A DNA stretch of 64,000 bases from Nitrososphaera sp. (GTDB lineage Archaea; Thermoproteota; Nitrososphaeria; Nitrososphaerales; Nitrososphaeraceae). A program made the translations under genes and the position numbers. The stretch is from contig DASUUX010000193.1 of NCBI GenBank assembly GCA_036373855.1, forward strand, positions 4,847 through 68,846, written 5' to 3'. Within the stretch, counting starts at the first letter, position 1, and each line of letters starts with the position of its first letter. Shown piece after piece: positions 60,137 through 64,000 of the stretch. The notes beneath the pieces are model-generated. The model saw only the letters and a list, made by a program, of their open reading frames with translations. It made no database searches and had not been told where the DNA came from.

Positions 60137-60277
60137 CTAGCTCCCAAGGGAAAATTCGAAGGCCCTCACGCAACGTGTGCAGATATACTTTCCGTATCTT
60201 TTGATGCCAAAATCCTCTGTCCTCTGCCCGTTATTGTCTATTACTGTGCGCTGGCAGAACGTGCACCGCTCCTCCAA
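60137..60277 (-). CDS. 46-aa C4 zinc-finger micro-protein, not in the ORF track
   Basis: TTG start; MEERCTFCQRTVIDNNGQRTEDFGIKRYGKYICTRCVRAFEFSLGS*. Confidence 0.75.
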   Translation of the reverse strand: MEERCTFCQRTVIDNNGQRTEDFGIKRYGKYICTRCVRAFEFSLGS

Positions 60278-60385
60278 TTATTCTTGATAAGGGAGCCTGG
60301 TTCTATTAAGGAGTATATACTTTTTGCACGTTACGCCAGCTAATAGTATATGTGTGTATGTGCATGTGTATCTATATGTGTGTAT

Positions 60386-60694
60386 ATGACGCTGGATGAC
60401 GATATCAGAAATATCATTGAAGCTGTTATTGAAAATGACATGGCAGCACCAAAGGTACCTAAAAAGCGTGTGCCAAAACTAAAGCGCATCTGGAAATGCC
60501 ATCAAGTCCCTGATTTCCTTTATGGGCACAGAATAGGCTATTACAAGGGCTTGGCGGAAGGAATGATTCTTGAGCGATACCGGCGTCAACTCTCCGAACA
60601 AGAGGATAATGAGGTTTTTGAATTAGTTCAGCCATACATTAAAGTGCTGAGAAAATATTTTGCTTATTACAAAGACACACGCACAAAAAATTAA
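60386..60694 (+). CDS. Conserved hypothetical protein
   Basis: ATG at 60386; DFLYG..GYY.G.AEG motif. Confidence 0.7.
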   Translation: MTLDDDIRNIIEAVIENDMAAPKVPKKRVPKLKRIWKCHQVPDFLYGHRIGYYKGLAEGMILERYRRQLSEQEDNEVFELVQPYIKVLRKYFAYYKDTRTKN

Positions 60695-60721
60695 ATTGAT
60701 CAGGCATTCTTTCGTCGCTAT

Positions 60722-61996
60722 ATGAAGGATATCAGGTTGGTGTATGTTTTGCTTGATGGCATTGGAGATCTCCCTCACCCCTCTTTGAATGATCTAACGC
60801 CTCTTGAAGCGGCATATACTCCTAATCTTGACTCGCTGGCAAGAAATGGCGCAATGGGGAGAGTTATCAGCGTAGGCAAGGGAATAGCACCCCAGTCTGA
60901 TATTGCAGTTTTCAACATGCTAGGCTATAGCTTTAAAGATGGTAGCTACGTCGGCCGTGGAGTCATCGAGTCAATAGGTTGCAACATTGATTTCCGCGAT
61001 GGCGACCTTGCGCTGCGAGGCAACTTTGCAACAGTGGATGACAATTTGAAAGTAGTAGACAGGCGTGCAGGCAGAGTCATTAGCATCAAAGAGGCAAAGT
61101 CTGTGTGTAAGACGCTGAGCGACAACATCAAGTTCAGCGACAAGGATGGTTCTGTGATCTTGGAGCCCACTATTGCGCACAGAGTCGTCATAAGGTTCAG
61201 ACATGCCAAGATGAAATTATCAGACAAGATCACGAATACCGATCCTGCTTATGACAAAGTAGACGGCATGGGAATAGCCAAGGCAGTCGCCGCTCAGGAC
61301 ATATACATACAGGAATCTGAGGCGCAGGAAGACACAGAATCGGCCAAGGTCTCTGCAAAAATGCTAAATGAATTTACTACTCAAGTCGTGCAGCTTCTAA
61401 GGGATCACCCAGTCAACAGAGCAAGAATAACAGCTGGCAAAAAGCCTATGAACTGCATTCTCGCGCGTGATTCTGGCAACAGGTATCCAAACGTCGAACC
61501 GATCAACAAAAAGTATAACATGACTATAGGAGGAATTGTCGATATGCCAGTCGAGATCGGAATTTCCAAGGTGTTGGGAATAAAGATGTTCCAAGCAGGT
61601 GACACCATTGACTATGAGAAAAAAGCAAAAGTTGCTGCAGATAGCCTCAAGTCTGTCAATGCAATTTATGTCCACATCAAGGGACCAGACGAGTTTGGCC
61701 ACGACGGTGACGCAAGGGGGAAAAAGAAGAACATCGAAGATATTGACAGACGTTTCTTTGGTACACTAATGCAGGAATTGAACAAGATGGACGCAACCAT
61801 AATAGTTTCTGGTGACCATTCTACCCCATGTGTAAAGAAGGGGCACAGCGATGACCCAGTTCCTCTAATGGTTTCGGGTAGCAGAGTAAAGCAGGATGGA
61901 AGCACAAGGTTCACTGAAAACTGTGCCAAGCGCGGCAAGCTAGGCCTCCTAATGGGAGCAGAAGTGCTTCCAACAGCTATCGAGATGGTTAGTTAG
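60722..61996 (+). CDS. apgM: 2,3-BPG-independent phosphoglycerate mutase (archaeal type)
   Basis: LDGIGD, TPLEAA.TPNLD, QSD, GRG, DRRAGR, HIKGPDEFGHDG, GDHSTP, HSDDPVP. Confidence 0.93.
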   Translation: MKDIRLVYVLLDGIGDLPHPSLNDLTPLEAAYTPNLDSLARNGAMGRVISVGKGIAPQSDIAVFNMLGYSFKDGSYVGRGVIESIGCNIDFRDGDLALRGNFATVDDNLKVVDRRAGRVISIKEAKSVCKTLSDNIKFSDKDGSVILEPTIAHRVVIRFRHAKMKLSDKITNTDPAYDKVDGMGIAKAVAAQDIYIQESEAQEDTESAKVSAKMLNEFTTQVVQLLRDHPVNRARITAGKKPMNCILARDSGNRYPNVEPINKKYNMTIGGIVDMPVEIGISKVLGIKMFQAGDTIDYEKKAKVAADSLKSVNAIYVHIKGPDEFGHDGDARGKKKNIEDIDRRFFGTLMQELNKMDATIIVSGDHSTPCVKKGHSDDPVPLMVSGSRVKQDGSTRFTENCAKRGKLGLLMGAEVLPTAIEMVS

Positions 61997-62170
61997 CTAG
62001 GGCTGCGAGATTCCCAGAATCTGCCACAGGTATTTCCTATAGTAGACAACTAGGACGAGGCCGACTACTACAGGCGTTATCCCATATTCAAAATAGCCAA
62101 ATACTATCAAGAAAAGTCCAATGATGAACATTGCAAGCCCAGCCATAGGGTTTACGTACTCAAACCGCAA
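61997..62170 (-). CDS. 57-aa two-TM membrane micro-protein, not in the ORF track
   Basis: TTG start; MRFEYVNPMAGLAMFIIGLFLIVFGYFEYGITPVVVGLVLVVYYRKYLWQILGISQP*; stop abuts the apgM stop. Confidence 0.7.
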   Translation of the reverse strand: MRFEYVNPMAGLAMFIIGLFLIVFGYFEYGITPVVVGLVLVVYYRKYLWQILGISQP

Positions 62171-62239
62171 GTGCAGAAAGAGGTTATAGATGTAAATCTA
62201 AAAAAGCCTTTTGCCTCAGCGTTCCTTCAACGCATGCTA

Positions 62240-62578
62240 CTATGTAGAACTTTTTCTCCTATTTTTTACCTGTCTCGAACGGGAGCGGTCAAAGCCCCTG
62301 CTCCGGTCACGATGTTTTTTAGCAAAACCTCCACCAAAAACTTTGGATCCGACAAGCCTGCTTGTCTTATCTGTCATTGTTATAACAGACGCATATGGCG
62401 ACTTCACTGGACCTAACAACTCCGCCACCCTGCCGACCCTTCTGCCCGATCCATCGATCAGGAACTCTCCCGCCTTGACTCTTTCAGCACCAGCAGCGTT
62501 AAGTTTCACTATTAGCCTACCACTTTTTGCAAGATGTATGATTTCTCCTACTTCGTCTGTCTGAGTAATAATAGGCAT
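62240..62578 (-). CDS. gar1: H/ACA RNP protein Gar1/Naf1
   Basis: VGEIIHLAKSGRLIV..VGRVAELLGPVKSPYASV; Arg-rich tail. Confidence 0.88.
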   Translation of the reverse strand: MPIITQTDEVGEIIHLAKSGRLIVKLNAAGAERVKAGEFLIDGSGRRVGRVAELLGPVKSPYASVITMTDKTSRLVGSKVFGGGFAKKHRDRSRGFDRSRSRQVKNRRKSST

Positions 62579-62741
62579 AAGTTGATTACTTTTATCATAG
62601 GCATGTGCGCCAGATATTATTATTGTTATTTTCTATAAGCAATAATAACCCTTTCTGCAGTATCACTAGCTGAGAGGAAAAAACAAGCACACATACACAC
62701 ATGCAGAGACACACCCAAACACTTGTACTATACCAAATTGT

Positions 62742-63059
62742 CTATTTCTTGCTAGATTTTTGCAAGCTCCTTCGCAGCAATTTGTTGGCTACTGCGTCAA
62801 TTATCTGAGACTTTTTGATATCTTCCTTTTTTGCCACCATTACATAGCCAGACTTGACAAATGATCTGCGAGGGAACCTTGCATCGCTGTTTACCTCTTG
62901 ATCCGATAATTGGAATCCTGCCTCTCTGGTAGCCTCGACTAATTCCTGAACAGTAGGATCAAAGACTGCCTGATCACGCTTTACCTTCCTGCCTTGCCGC
63001 CTCTTGAGGTTCTTGTTAAAGTAGTCAAGCCAAAGCACGACGTGTTCGTAGTCTTTCAA
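62742..63059 (-). CDS. srp19: Signal recognition particle protein SRP19
   Basis: VLWLDYFN..RRQGRKV..PTVQEL..ARFPRR..GYVMV. Confidence 0.92.
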   Translation of the reverse strand: MKDYEHVVLWLDYFNKNLKRRQGRKVKRDQAVFDPTVQELVEATREAGFQLSDQEVNSDARFPRRSFVKSGYVMVAKKEDIKKSQIIDAVANKLLRRSLQKSSKK

Positions 63060-63139
63060 GAGAGTTTCTCGATCCTCTATGTTTTATGAAATTATAAAAA
63101 ATATATTGCTTGCGTATATATGCGCGCCCACTATAGAGT

Positions 63140-63622
63140 TCATTTGGACCTTGCTTGCCAGTGAAATGCATCCTCCGAGGAAAAACGCGCGGTGCAGCTG
63201 TTGCTATTGTCAAGTGTGTATGTTATCTCAAGGCTATAGAAATTACTACCACTCTTGGGGCTAGCCGCACCTGTCCTCTCATGAGTTCTTGTACCGCCTT
63301 CTAGCCAGCTGGCCGGGATGCTCAGCTCGCCTACCCATCTGTTAGGATGTTGGCTGTCCTGCACGAATGTGGTGGAGAGCGATGTCTGCCGCTTTATCTT
63401 GCTGGCTCCGTGCTCCAACTTGTCAAGGTTTTCCGACTTGGCGTTGTTAACGAGACGGCCTGCAACTGACCTTACACCTGCCCCCAAATCGACCTGAAGG
63501 AAGAGCCGACCGGATTCAAGTGAGTTTAGCGACTCGGCAGGGGAAGGCTTGCAATAAAACTCCACCGGATATGGGCAGGCAGTTCTGTCTTTTGGATCCG
63601 GACCATCCCATGATAAGTCCAC
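63140..63622 (-). CDS. Hypothetical protein between rps8e and srp19 (start uncertain)
   Basis: Protein-like beta-rich sequence; frame open up to 63706. Confidence 0.6.
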   Translation of the reverse strand: MDLSWDGPDPKDRTACPYPVEFYCKPSPAESLNSLESGRLFLQVDLGAGVRSVAGRLVNNAKSENLDKLEHGASKIKRQTSLSTTFVQDSQHPNRWVGELSIPASWLEGGTRTHERTGAASPKSGSNFYSLEITYTLDNSNSCTARFSSEDAFHWQARSK

Positions 63623-63668
63623 AAAGAAAAGAAACCCTTGTTTGCTCTTAACGGTTACTATAACATTA

Positions 63669-64000
63669 CTAAGGCTTTGTCGTTGTCGTTGTCGTTGTTC
63701 CCTTGATCAGAATGGCGTTAACCACTCCGTCTTGCCCTGGCCTTGACACAACCCTGGCTGACCCGTTTTCGATCTCAATAATGGCGCCCCTGCTGATTAC
63801 GCCCCTTCTTTCATAATCTCTGTTTGCTGGATTCTTAGTAACCCTCAAGATCTTGGATTTGGTTATCTTCTTGTTCTCGTGATCAATTACGTTGGCAAAC
63901 TCGGCAGTCTTGAAAGCGACTTTGTTGTTATTGTTGCCCCTCGTCCTTCGGGTAACGATTCGGGCGGGGCCGACGACTGCTTCATTTGGATATCTGTCAA
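63669..64000 (-). CDS. rps8e: 30S ribosomal protein S8e (5' end outside the window)
   Basis: [44 protein letters not shown], not in the ORF track. Confidence 0.95.
   Translation of the reverse strand, partial: DRYPNEAVVGPARIVTRRTRGNNNNKVAFKTAEFANVIDHENKKITKSKILRVTKNPANRDYERRGVISRGAIIEIENGSARVVSRPGQDGVVNAILIKGTTTTTTTKP

Noticed and set aside
60122..60343. 73-aa + strand ORF in the track
   Set aside because: Better explained as the shadow of the minus-strand zinc-finger micro-gene
63100..63620. SRP RNA or RNase P RNA next to srp19
   Set aside because: No SRP helix-8 motif or RNase P conserved regions found on either strand; the minus strand reads as a plausible protein
1..64000. CRISPR array, rRNA, intact transposase or integrase
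   Set aside because: No regularly spaced repeats, rRNA signatures or DDE/tyrosine-recombinase motifs seen

Overview
Chromosomal window of an ammonia-oxidising archaeon, most likely Nitrososphaeraceae (Nitrososphaera-like). This rests on the archaeal core genes (aCPSF1/FttA, SRP19, Gar1, rps8e, UPF0147, thiDN, apgM), an intron-containing tRNA-Thr, F420-dependent enzymes, frequent TTG starts and poly-N/T/Q tracts. Housekeeping blocks are purS/Q/L/F, sucCD, ychF, birA, a sugar-nucleotide cluster and rps8e-SRP19-Gar1. They alternate with accessory patches rich in pseudogenes at about 0.2-3.3 kb, 9.6-12.6 kb, 28.5-41 kb and 48.6-55 kb. I found no CRISPR array, rRNA or intact transposase. Features worth checking: (1) a cluster of Met-rich exported proteins (NCP-repeat protein and DM13) next to three Msr genes; (2) a MITE-like element with 13-bp TIRs and a 3-bp flanking direct repeat; (3) a long hairpin filling the aCPSF1 leader; (4) candidate structured RNAs around the UPF0147 gene; (5) three micro-proteins missed by the ORF track, one resembling a minimal eL42/L44e zinc ribbon; (6) an arcadin-1-like protein; (7) a decayed mobile-element-like operon beside a PolB2-partner-like pseudogene. 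All family assignments come from motif recognition by eye; no searches or folding programs were run.
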